A DNA stretch of 27,235 bases from Bdellovibrionales bacterium (GTDB lineage: Bacteria; Bdellovibrionota; Bdellovibrionia; Bdellovibrionales; DASUEL01), in assembly GCA_050250255.1 (NCBI GenBank), contig JBFWOZ010000041.1, positions 1 through 27,235 of the forward strand. The letters run 5' to 3'. Under the pieces are notes generated by a model. It saw nothing but the letters and a program-made list of their open reading frames with translations, was not told the origin of the DNA and did not search any database. Positions within the stretch are counted from its first letter, which is position 1. The number at the start of each line of letters is the position of its first letter. Made by a program: the position numbers and the translations under genes. Of the stretch, positions 18,298 through 26,680 are shown piece after piece.

Positions 18298-18786
18298 ATG
18301 AATTTTCACTCTCGATTGGCAATGTTCTTTGTAGCGGTTTTTGTCTTTTTTTCCATTCCCCTTGCCTATTCTTTTGATGAAGAGAAGTGCGGTGAGCTTT
18401 TCCCCAAAAGCGGGGACTCTCATAGGCCCTATTTGAGCCCTATTTACTCCGCGACTCTTATTCCTTCGACCACTTCTTATTTCTCCTCTTTCGGCAAGTG
18501 CGCCATGTATTCTCATCTACAACAACGCGAACTTTTTATCGCAAGCTCCTACGAGCAAATTTCACAAGAAGCGTCGCGGGGCAATGGCGAATACGTAAGC
18601 ACATTGGCAACCTTGAGCGGATGCGCTTGGGGCACTGAAAATCAATTCGCCCAGCTTCTAAAGAGTCATTATTCTCAAATTTTTCGCAACTCCCATAAGC
18701 TCGATAGCCATGATCTCGCGAAGCAGGTGGATTCTTACGTTGCCAAAGATATAAACCTTGAGAAGCGCTGTCGCATAGTGAATTGA
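18298..18786 (+). CDS. Secreted DUF3015-like protein
   Basis: Signal peptide, 'TTSYFSSFGKC', 'ISQEASRGNGEYVSTLATLSGC', C-terminal Cys. RBS AGGAG. Confidence 0.7.
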   Translation: MNFHSRLAMFFVAVFVFFSIPLAYSFDEEKCGELFPKSGDSHRPYLSPIYSATLIPSTTSYFSSFGKCAMYSHLQQRELFIASSYEQISQEASRGNGEYVSTLATLSGCAWGTENQFAQLLKSHYSQIFRNSHKLDSHDLAKQVDSYVAKDINLEKRCRIVN

Positions 18787-18802
18787 CTCGTAAGACGATA
18801 TT

Positions 18803-19822
18803 ATGAACAATAAAAATAAATATTTCGGAGAAGCTGTGAAAAGCCTGGTTGATATAATAAAATTATTTTCCATTTTCTTCTTTCTTGCAACATCGCCAAG
18901 CCATGCGCAAGAGGACTACCTTCCATCCAATATTTTATTAATGGATAACAAATTCGCCCACCATGTTCTTCTTGTGGAGAAACAAACTCATAAACTTTTT
19001 CTTTTTGAAAACAGTGGATCCATCCCAAAACTTGTAAAAACTTATTCTACTTTGACGGGCAAATTTAAAGGCGACAAGACGACGGAGGGCGACCACAAAA
19101 CACCTGAGGGTGTGTACATGATTTATGATTTTCTCTCTAAGGAAGAGCTTTACAAGCGACATGGAGCTTATGCAAAAATTTATGGTATCGGTGCGTTCCC
19201 CATGAACTACCCTAATTTTATCGATGAAAGAGAAAAGAAAAATGGCAGTGGAATTTGGATTCATTCGACAGACGACGACACGCGAATCTCTAAAGAGCTC
19301 GATTCACGGGGCTGCGTTGTCGTACAGAATCAAGATCTCAAAGAAATTTCTCAATATATCGAACTCAATCACACACCCATCATTGTCGTTCAGGACATTC
19401 TGTACTTGGCAAAATCGACCTGGGAAAGAAACCGAAAAGATATCACCGACGCAGTGGAAAAATGGATTAAAGCTTGGCAGGAAAAAGATTTTAATAATTA
19501 TATTAGTGCCTACGACACCCAAAACTTTTATGACAAAAGTAAGGGTGGGTACACGAGCTACAAAGCCTATAAACAGGCGGTTTTTTCTAGACCAGATAAG
19601 CCCAGTATTAAATTAGACGCCATGTCTATCATGAGTCAGGGCCAGTATGCCGTCGTTTATCTTTTTCAGGATTACAAATCAGCGGTTATCAACGATACGG
19701 GGCACAAGACTCTCTATTTAAAAAAGAACAGCAACTACGAATGGAAAATCGTAGGCGAGCTTTGGTCAAAGGCTGAAGCCAATTCAACACCATTTTCTGT
19801 TTCCAATAAATTTTTCCCCTAG
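18803..19822 (+). CDS. L,D-transpeptidase/carboxypeptidase (YkuD) with C-terminal NTF2-like domain (Csd6/Pgp2/Bd1075-like)
   Basis: GDKTTEGDHKTPEGVY, MNYPN, GIWIHS...SRGCV catalytic His/Cys, and C-terminal WIKAWQEKDFNNYISAY...QDYKS...KTLYL...WKIVGE. The true start may be GTG 18836. Confidence 0.88.
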   Translation: MNNKNKYFGEAVKSLVDIIKLFSIFFFLATSPSHAQEDYLPSNILLMDNKFAHHVLLVEKQTHKLFLFENSGSIPKLVKTYSTLTGKFKGDKTTEGDHKTPEGVYMIYDFLSKEELYKRHGAYAKIYGIGAFPMNYPNFIDEREKKNGSGIWIHSTDDDTRISKELDSRGCVVVQNQDLKEISQYIELNHTPIIVVQDILYLAKSTWERNRKDITDAVEKWIKAWQEKDFNNYISAYDTQNFYDKSKGGYTSYKAYKQAVFSRPDKPSIKLDAMSIMSQGQYAVVYLFQDYKSAVINDTGHKTLYLKKNSNYEWKIVGELWSKAEANSTPFSVSNKFFP

Positions 19823-19930
19823 ATGTAAGTCAGCAGTTACCACACGACACCACCTCTTCTCAAAAACAAATAGTTGCTTTCTCAATTCTTGATGATAAAC
19901 TTGTTTTGTTGAGTCAACCTGTAGAGACGT

Positions 19931-20641
19931 GTGGACATGAAAAAATTTAAAATAATGGTCGTTGATGATAGGCCCCTTACCGTTGAACGCTATAAAAGCG
20001 CAAACAGCGACACCCAATCTACCGCTTTTTTTTGCGATGTAAAAACAGCCCTCTCTTGTTACCCCCTTGGACATTATGATTTAGTCATCACCGACCTCAA
20101 ATCTGCTTACAAAGAGAACGAAGCTTTTCTTTTCGATATTCTTGATCTGCGCCCCACTCAAAGAGTTGCGGTGATTTCTGAACCAGACCAGACATTAAAT
20201 TTTCCACCTTCAAAAGGGGTTCTGATGTTTCAGAGACCCAGTACAATTTTAAATGTCATTGATCAGGTGTTGTTTGGAAAAAAACCTCTGACAGATGAAG
20301 ATCAAATTTTGGGTTCTCGCAGACGCTATCCACGATACCCCGTTAAAATTGACTCTAAGTTGATTAAAAGCGATCAGGCGCTTGATATTATTATCTGTAA
20401 TTTAAGCTTGGGAGGAGCCTACATAGAAGCTCCATTCAATTTTTCTTTAGAGGATGCCTTTACTTTGGAACTGCCACTTCCAGATAAAACACTCACCGTA
20501 ACGGTTGTAAAAAGGTGGGAAAATCCAGGGCCGACTATTCAACCCGATACGATTGGAATAGGGGTTGAGTTTCTTAATCTCGAACCCGCGGAACATGAAG
20601 AGGTCGAGCAGTACCTAAAGACCCTCACCCCGCCTAACTAG
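19931..20641 (+). CDS. Receiver-like domain + PilZ domain protein (putative c-di-GMP effector)
   Basis: N-terminal IMVVDD...DLVITD (REC-like). C-terminal RRYPR (RxxxR) and NLSLGG ((D/N)xSxxG), plus GVEF. Confidence 0.85.
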   Translation: MDMKKFKIMVVDDRPLTVERYKSANSDTQSTAFFCDVKTALSCYPLGHYDLVITDLKSAYKENEAFLFDILDLRPTQRVAVISEPDQTLNFPPSKGVLMFQRPSTILNVIDQVLFGKKPLTDEDQILGSRRRYPRYPVKIDSKLIKSDQALDIIICNLSLGGAYIEAPFNFSLEDAFTLELPLPDKTLTVTVVKRWENPGPTIQPDTIGIGVEFLNLEPAEHEEVEQYLKTLTPPN

Positions 20642-21066
20642 TTTTTAAGCTCGGAAGCACAAACGACATCGTAATATTCGACTTCATGGGCAAGCGCCTT
20701 CATGGATGCGTCTAATGGGCCCGTTTTTCCAAACGGTGAGCTTGTAAACATCACGTAGTAAACCTCGGAGGAATTAAAAACGAGAACTTCTATGTTAGCG
20801 TTTGAATTATTTGAGTTTTTCAACACTGAATAAGTTTTCATGGTACCTGCATTTTTCGCAGTCACCTTAAAACGTTTCGAAAGCTCTAAACAGTTGGTTT
20901 CGCCTTCTAAGCAAGTAAGACCCACTAAGCTTTCCTCAGGATTTTGGATTTCAATTGTCACTGTGTCTTTATCGCTGACACAAACTAAACGTTGGGTCGC
21001 AGCCATAACCATCGTGGTGGAAAGTTGAAGGAAGAGAGAGACAGAAAAAAGAGAGAGCAGTTTCAT
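20638..21066 (-). CDS. Hypothetical secreted protein with 4 Cys
   Basis: Signal peptide MKLLSLFSVSLFLQLSTTMVMAA. ATG 21066 follows GGAG. Confidence 0.7.
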   Translation of the reverse strand: MKLLSLFSVSLFLQLSTTMVMAATQRLVCVSDKDTVTIEIQNPEESLVGLTCLEGETNCLELSKRFKVTAKNAGTMKTYSVLKNSNNSNANIEVLVFNSSEVYYVMFTSSPFGKTGPLDASMKALAHEVEYYDVVCASELKN

Positions 21067-21206
21067 ATTCACTCCAGAGTGGGGGTTGGCTATTTATAGC
21101 CGATCTGAATGATTTTTCCCTGGAAAAAGAAAAGAAACGTAGGAGGGGGTAAAAATATTTCAGAGTCTAGTGACAATTCTTAGGTCTCTTGAGAGGACTA
21201 CGCCTC

Positions 21207-21932
21207 ATGAAAAAAACTGTGTTTGTAGTCGAAAGCCATCACAATGTATTGCCTGCCTGGGCACAGTTACGCTCTGCTCTACAAGAGCCTCCGAGACTTA
21301 TCACCCTCGACCATCATACGGATACAAGTAAGCCTTTTCGAAATTTTCTAAATAAAATGTACTCTTCAGAGGATCCCCAATTAGAGATTATGCGATCACA
21401 TTTCATATCGAAGATAGATTTTAAAAATCTAGCGGTTCTCTCAGAAACACTCAAAAATCTCAGCAATGATGAACACGTCATCACAGCCATACAATCTAGA
21501 ATTATTTCATCAGCGTTTGTGATTGCACATAAAGCCCAAAATACGGATTTGTCAGTTTATCAAGAACATCAAGTAATGTGTCGTACTGTCGAACAACAAT
21601 CTCCTTTAAAAAGAAATGATTACGATCAAGTTTTAGAAAGTATTTTTTTAGATGAACTCATCGGAAGTTTTAATACATCCTTAAGCGAACTCAAACAAAA
21701 GGCGTTGTGCGAAGTCCCTTACATTCTTGATATTGATTTGGATTATTTTAATACTCGCGCTTCTATACATCCCAAAAATGCGGAAACCTTTTTAAAACTT
21801 GTTAGCGGTGCCGCGCTCGTGACTGTCGCCACCGAACCTGAGTATGTTAAACACTGTTCGCTCGATGCGGACCTCTCGAGCGAAGAGCTTTTAAAATCTT
21901 TGCTGGAACTTATTGCGCAAGCCGACCCATAA
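21207..21932 (+). CDS. UPF0489 family protein (putative metal-dependent hydrolase)
   Basis: VESHHNVLPAW, LDHHTD, ILDIDLDYF, TVATEP. ATG 21207 follows GAGGA. Confidence 0.78.
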   Translation: MKKTVFVVESHHNVLPAWAQLRSALQEPPRLITLDHHTDTSKPFRNFLNKMYSSEDPQLEIMRSHFISKIDFKNLAVLSETLKNLSNDEHVITAIQSRIISSAFVIAHKAQNTDLSVYQEHQVMCRTVEQQSPLKRNDYDQVLESIFLDELIGSFNTSLSELKQKALCEVPYILDIDLDYFNTRASIHPKNAETFLKLVSGAALVTVATEPEYVKHCSLDADLSSEELLKSLLELIAQADP

Positions 21933-22776
21933 GACCCTGTTGATAATCTAAAAAGGCCTGCTTTAAGTCCCCTTGCGTGGTCATGACAAAGGGTCCGTGA
22001 CCTACGACAGGATCAGGTAGTGGCTCTCCGCCAAGAAACAAAATCTTCGAATCTTTTTTGGATTTAAAAGAAATATGACCTCCTTTTCTTTCGAAAAGAG
22101 CAATCGTAGCGGAGTTTACGGATTTCCCATCCTCTAATTCCAATTCGCCTTCAAGGACAAACAGAGCTGCCGTTTGCCCATCTGGAACTTCAAGATGAAC
22201 TGTTTTTTCATCCTTCGTCCTCATATCCCATAAATTCACTGGGCTAAACGTTGAAGCCGGACCTTTTTTATTGAGGAAATCTCCTGCAATGACTCGAACA
22301 CTTCCTGCTTCATCAGCTAGCGGAACTGTCGGAATTTGTTCTTTTAAAATTCCTTGGTATTTCGGCTGAGTCATTTTGTCTTTTTTAGGAAGATTCACCC
22401 AAAGTTGGACCATTTCCATAATTCCACCTTTTTTGGTGAAATCAGGGCCGTGCTTTTCTTCATGCACTAGGCCAGCGCCGGCCGTCATCCACTGAACGTC
22501 ACCTGTTTTGATAAGCCCGCCACCACCACGAGAGTCTCGATGAGCGACTTCACCAGCATAAATAATTGTTACCGTTTCAAAACCACGATGAGGATGTTCT
22601 CCAACCCCACGGCTTTCTTGGGTGGGCGAAAACTCCGATGGAGCTGCATAATCCATTAATAGAAATGGGGAAAAATCTTTCGCATGTTCCATATAATTAA
22701 ACATTGAGCGAACGGGAAATCCATCTCCGACCCAATGCAAGGTTTCACTGCGAAGTGTATATAGAAGTTTTTTCAC
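21910..22776 (-). CDS. Pirin family protein
   Basis: VGDGFPV, PFLLMD, HPHRGFETVT, HRDSRG, VQWMTAGAGLVHEE, QLWVNLP, GPFVM. Confidence 0.95.
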   Translation of the reverse strand: MKKLLYTLRSETLHWVGDGFPVRSMFNYMEHAKDFSPFLLMDYAAPSEFSPTQESRGVGEHPHRGFETVTIIYAGEVAHRDSRGGGGLIKTGDVQWMTAGAGLVHEEKHGPDFTKKGGIMEMVQLWVNLPKKDKMTQPKYQGILKEQIPTVPLADEAGSVRVIAGDFLNKKGPASTFSPVNLWDMRTKDEKTVHLEVPDGQTAALFVLEGELELEDGKSVNSATIALFERKGGHISFKSKKDSKILFLGGEPLPDPVVGHGPFVMTTQGDLKQAFLDYQQGLMGRLAQ

Positions 22777-22927
22777 AAATAGCTCCCAATTAAGCGTTTA
22801 GAATTAATTTATATTCGAAATTAGAAATGTCAAATTTGCAGGCTCTTCGTATGGGGAAAATGTCCCAATCCAAGTGGAATTTCTCCCAAAAATTTTCTTA
22901 ATCATGCTCTATATTGAATCTCTCTAT

Positions 22928-22943
22928 TGGCTCATCATTTGCT
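22928..22943 (+). promoter_or_regulatory. Putative sigma54 (-24/-12) promoter
   Basis: TGGCTCATCATTTGCT has GG-N10-GC spacing and is close to the consensus TGGCAC-N5-TTGCW. Confidence 0.55.
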
Positions 22944-22953
22944 ATATCAAACT

Positions 22954-23172
22954 ATATGTATATTGCCTTAGGCAAACTCAGAACGAGATAGATTTTGTTC
23001 TTTCTTAGGAAAAAACAGAATGAGTCGAAAGGGGCAATGTCTAAACATAAAGATGACGAGGTTACACTCGGCTTTATGTTCGTTTCCAAAGAACTTGACG
23101 AGAGGAGTTCCTCTCAAACAAGTCATGGATACAAAAAACCCGGAACCCGCCTTGGTTTCGGGTTTTCACTTT
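22954..23172 (+). ncRNA. Candidate structured sRNA or leader (unknown family)
   Basis: Starts just after a sigma54-like promoter, folds into three consecutive hairpins (22962-23038, 23044-23080, 23082-23132) and ends at an intrinsic terminator. Confidence 0.45.
23135..23172 (+). terminator. Intrinsic terminator
   Basis: AAAACCCGGAACC-cgcctt-GGTTTCGGGTTTT then CACTTTTT. One G.U pair favours the + strand. Confidence 0.75.
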
Positions 23173-23204
23173 TTAGGGAGTATGGATCGATAGTACCCAT
23201 CTAG

Positions 23205-23220
23205 CGGCACGGTACCTGCA
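23205..23220 (+). promoter_or_regulatory. Putative sigma54 promoter for the SPW-repeat gene
   Basis: CGGCACGGTACCTGCA (GG-N10-GC, with GGCACG and TGCA), about 55 nt upstream of the ATG at 23277. Confidence 0.55.
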
Positions 23221-23276
23221 TCTTCTTTAGAGATGGAGTCCTAATTGTCGACAAACACTATTAGAAAGGAAATTCT

Positions 23277-23705
23277 ATGATTCCATTAAGGATACACAAC
23301 GTGATTGATTATATCGCTGGGGCATTTTTACTCTTATGCCCGGTGGTTTTTGGTTTTTCACATATTGAAGTGGCGAACAATGTTTTTATGTTTTCAGGCG
23401 CCGCCCTCATTGGTTATAGCCTTTTGACAAAATACCGCTACTCTCTTCTAAAACTGATTCCTGTTAAAGCTCATATGGTTTTAGACGTTCTTATCGGTAT
23501 TGCTGTCATGCTCTCACCATGGGCGTTCGGTTATGCTGAATTTTTAACGACTACACAGTATTCGCTCCATTTCGTGAGTGGTATTGCAGTTATTCTACTC
23601 GTCGCCTTCACTGACATAAAGTTTGTTAGCGCAGAAACTCGCCTAGAAGCACCACCCAATATCGATACTGCTCGAATGGGCTCTGCAAGACCGCGAGCCA
23701 TGTAG
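23277..23705 (+). CDS. SPW-repeat membrane protein
   Basis: HNVIDYIAG..LL..P..FGF, YSLLTKY...KLIPVKAHMVLD, SPWAFGY. Four TM segments. RBS AAGGA. Confidence 0.82.
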   Translation: MIPLRIHNVIDYIAGAFLLLCPVVFGFSHIEVANNVFMFSGAALIGYSLLTKYRYSLLKLIPVKAHMVLDVLIGIAVMLSPWAFGYAEFLTTTQYSLHFVSGIAVILLVAFTDIKFVSAETRLEAPPNIDTARMGSARPRAM

Positions 23706-23711
23706 ATTTAA

Positions 23712-23858
23712 ATGCCAAACTCTAATCATCAAGAGCACGTGCTTCATAAAAGTAGGCACGCGCTCTTGATGGTCGATATGTTGAACAAATTAGATTTTCC
23801 GGGTTCTAAAAAAATCACCAGATGTGCCGGAGCATTACGTAAAGCAAGGGTTCATCTT
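23712..23858 (+). pseudogene. N-terminal fragment of an isochorismatase/cysteine hydrolase
   Basis: HALLMVDMLNKLDFPGS matches the family's first motif. The frame then runs into the antisense of the kinase gene with no further family motifs. Confidence 0.6.
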
Positions 23859-26099
23859 CTACATATCAACTGTGTTCATTTGGGCATTCAATGTTTGAAT
23901 AAGCTCCATTTTATTGAGTGGCTTCGTAAGGTGATGATTGCAACCAGCCTCTAGAGATTTTTGTGCTTCCGCCGGCAAAGCATGTGCCGTCAATGCCACA
24001 ATCGGCTTTGAATAACCTTGTTTGCGAAGTCTTCGTGTCGCCTCTAAGCCATCCATAATAGGCATTTGAATATCCATTAAGATACAATCGTATTCCGATT
24101 CAGAGGCCAGCTTTACGGCTTCATTTCCGTCATGTGCCATCTCAATAATGGCTCCCAAAGATTTAACGATAAGGCTGATAAGAAATGCATTATCTGGTGA
24201 GTCTTCTACAATCAGGATTTTTTTATTCGTTAACTGTGGCGCGTTCGTAGCTAACTTTTCTTTACTGCTCTTTTCTTCTGCGGCTCGGGGAGCAATTTCA
24301 ATCGGTAGCCTCACAAAAAAATGACTACCCTCTCCAGGTATACTATTTTTTAAAATGAGTTCTCCTCCTAGCGCTTCTGTAATTTTCTTCGAAAGCACAA
24401 GCCCTAAACCGCTTCCCCCAAACCTACGAGCAATGGATCCATCGCCCTGATTGAATGCCTGAAAAAGATTTTTTTGATTTTCTTTCGGAATACCAATTCC
24501 GTTATCTTTCACATCAATACAGATTTCTGCGCCCCGACCGGACTTAGCTTTTTGAGAAATATTTAGCTGAATCGTTCCTTTTTCAGAAAATTTTATGGCG
24601 TTACCAACAAGATTCACAAGTATTTGGCTAAGCCTTTGAGCGTCGCTGACAACTTTCAAATCCGAATCTAAATCGCAACTCAGTTCAAGATTAATTCCAT
24701 TAGATTTGATGGTGGGCAGAAAAGAATCAACCACATCGTCGACAACATCTCGCAAAAAAAATGTGCTTTTTTGGATAGGAATTCTTCCGGCTTCAAATTT
24801 TGAGAGATCAAGGATGTCATCAATTAAATGCAGAAGTTGATTTCCGTTGGATCGAATGCGCGATAAATATTCACGTCCCTTGGGAGCAATCAAACCTTCA
24901 GAATCTAACAAATCGGAGAAGCCTAAAATAGAATTCATCGGCGTCCGAATCTCATGACTCATATTTGCAAGAAATTGCATCTTCGCACGGCTCGCGTGCT
25001 CAGCTATTTCTTTTGCTGCTTTTTCTCTTTCTAAGCTTTGTTCCAACTGAAGAGTGCGCTCTTCTACTCGTCTTTCGAGATCCAACTTAGATTCTTCCAA
25101 CTGCAATTCAATTTTTCTACGTTCAGTGACATCCTGAGAAGTCCCTAGCATTTTTACTGTTTTGCCGTTCCCATCCTTAACAACTCGACCACGACTTGCA
25201 ATGATACGTTCGCCTCGCGGTGTCTGCACGCCATATTCCATGATGAAGTCTTCGCCGGTTTCCATAGAGCGCTGGACTGTTTTTTCGACGTATTCTCTAC
25301 GATCAGGAGAAAGGCGGGCCAAATACGCTTTATAAGAAGGGTCAAAAGAGCTTTTAGAAACTTGGAAAATCTTAAACAACTCATCTGACCAAGCAATCTT
25401 ATCTTCCTCCAAATCCCATTCCCAACTTCCTATTCCCGCAATGGCCTGTGCTTCACGAAGTCGCCTTTCGCTCACTCGTAAATCTTCCTTTGTCTTTTTG
25501 ACTTTGGAATAATGTTCGGCATAATCAAAAGAGAGCTCACGCTCTGTCCTTAACACCGCATGCACACAGACAAAAATTGCCACTAAGATAAGAGCAATAA
25601 TGAGCCCATTAAATTCCGGAGGAGAATTCAAAGCGGCTGACATGGGATAAATACGTTCTAAAAAAAAGAAAACAGGAATATGTGCTAGTGCAAAAACTAA
25701 ATAAAAAAATGAGCGGTTTTTAAAATCGAGGACAGATCCCAATACATAGAGCGAAGCCACACCAATACCAAAAAAAGGACTTTTCAAACCTCCAGTCGTA
25801 AAAAAACTTGGAATCGAGCTAATCCAATACCCAAAATAAAGTGGGTACCAGTAATAATGGGGACGCCAAGAAGAGCGGATCCAGTAAAGTGAAAGAAGGC
25901 AACCTCCTAATAATACAAGATCTGTATAAAGAACCGAGGGAGCACTCCAAAAATAATCGGCAACTGTAGCAAAGAGCGAAAGAATAACGCCACTGTAACA
26001 AAGCGCGCTGCCAACTCGATAAGCCCGTTCACGACGCCAACTTGTTAACAACTGAAGGTTTTCTGTAACAGGGGCCTGCAATTTTTTTCGGTATGGCAT
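23859..26099 (-). CDS. Hybrid sensor histidine kinase (multi-TM - PAS - HisKA - HATPase - REC)
   Basis: Several TM helices, PAS (IGSWEWD...WSDE...QDVTERR), H-box FLANMSHEIRTPMN, NLVGNAIKF, DNGIGI, GGSGLGL, receiver EDSPDN/MDIQMP/KP. Confidence 0.95.
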   Translation of the reverse strand: MPYRKKLQAPVTENLQLLTSWRRERAYRVGSALCYSGVILSLFATVADYFWSAPSVLYTDLVLLGGCLLSLYWIRSSWRPHYYWYPLYFGYWISSIPSFFTTGGLKSPFFGIGVASLYVLGSVLDFKNRSFFYLVFALAHIPVFFFLERIYPMSAALNSPPEFNGLIIALILVAIFVCVHAVLRTERELSFDYAEHYSKVKKTKEDLRVSERRLREAQAIAGIGSWEWDLEEDKIAWSDELFKIFQVSKSSFDPSYKAYLARLSPDRREYVEKTVQRSMETGEDFIMEYGVQTPRGERIIASRGRVVKDGNGKTVKMLGTSQDVTERRKIELQLEESKLDLERRVEERTLQLEQSLEREKAAKEIAEHASRAKMQFLANMSHEIRTPMNSILGFSDLLDSEGLIAPKGREYLSRIRSNGNQLLHLIDDILDLSKFEAGRIPIQKSTFFLRDVVDDVVDSFLPTIKSNGINLELSCDLDSDLKVVSDAQRLSQILVNLVGNAIKFSEKGTIQLNISQKAKSGRGAEICIDVKDNGIGIPKENQKNLFQAFNQGDGSIARRFGGSGLGLVLSKKITEALGGELILKNSIPGEGSHFFVRLPIEIAPRAAEEKSSKEKLATNAPQLTNKKILIVEDSPDNAFLISLIVKSLGAIIEMAHDGNEAVKLASESEYDCILMDIQMPIMDGLEATRRLRKQGYSKPIVALTAHALPAEAQKSLEAGCNHHLTKPLNKMELIQTLNAQMNTVDM

Positions 26100-26138
26100 T
26101 CACCATTTTTATCGAGCATTATTTTGTGAAGCAACATG

Positions 26139-26167
26139 AAAACGCAGGCGCCTGCGCGGCGCCTACG
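26139..26167 (-). terminator. Intrinsic terminator of the peptidoglycan-binding protein gene
   Basis: Minus strand CGTAGGCGCC-gcgca-GGCGCCTGCG-TTTT, about 20 nt after the stop at 26188. Confidence 0.65.
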
Positions 26168-26187
26168 AATTTGCTAATAAAATGAGC

Positions 26188-26613
26188 TTAGGGATTTGCA
26201 GGAACTGGTTCTGGTACAGTTTCTGGAGTGGTCGTGTCAGGAACTGACTCAGGAGTGATTTCTGATGGCGCCGAGGGCACGTTGTAATCTGGTACAGGCA
26301 CACTGCTGTCTGGTACAGATGCAGGTGAACGACCTGACTCCGTCGCATCAGTGATCTGTAGCGCTGATAAAGTTTCTGAATCGATCATTCCACTATCAGT
26401 AAGATTATTCTGAGATTGAAAGTCGCGAAGCGCTGCTTTTGTTTGAGGTCCAAATTTTCCATCTACAGTAAGACTATGGCCACGAGAGTTGAGAGCTTCC
26501 TGAACATCCATAATTTGTGAGGAGGTGACTTTGTCATGTTTCATATTCGCCTCCACAGAAATACCGACGAATAGAGCCATGGCTGAGAACGTTAATACTT
26601 TTAAAAACTTCAT
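26188..26613 (-). CDS. Secreted peptidoglycan-binding (PG_binding_1) protein with RSPAS motif and Pro/Glu/Thr-rich tail
   Basis: Signal peptide, VQEALNSRG...VDGKFGPQTKAALRDFQSQNNL..SG..DSETLSAL. RBS AAGGAGT. Confidence 0.88.
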   Translation of the reverse strand: MKFLKVLTFSAMALFVGISVEANMKHDKVTSSQIMDVQEALNSRGHSLTVDGKFGPQTKAALRDFQSQNNLTDSGMIDSETLSALQITDATESGRSPASVPDSSVPVPDYNVPSAPSEITPESVPDTTTPETVPEPVPANP

Positions 26614-26660
26614 TTTCTTTACTCCTTTTTGCTAGGTAAACAGTTTCTATTCATGCAACT

Positions 26661-26676
26661 AGCAAAAAAGGTGCCT
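26661..26676 (-). promoter_or_regulatory. Putative sigma54 promoter for the PG-binding protein gene
   Basis: Minus strand AGGCACCTTTTTTGCT (GG-N10-GC, with GGCAC and TTGCT), about 48 nt upstream of the ATG. Confidence 0.62.
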
Positions 26677-26680
26677 TTAT

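Noticed and set aside
19224..19616. Alternative-frame ORFs nested in real genes (also 4802-5182, 9447-9740, 16917-17225, 18938-19264)
   Set aside because: They fully overlap well-supported CDSs and have no motifs.
22970..23067. c-di-GMP-I (GEMM) riboswitch resemblance (GGCAAACTCA...TGAG; GTCTAA...ATGAC; GGTTAC)
   Set aside because: No properly placed GNRA-capped P2, the GACGCAAAGC core is absent, and P3 cannot pair as required. Only an Rfam scan could rescue it.
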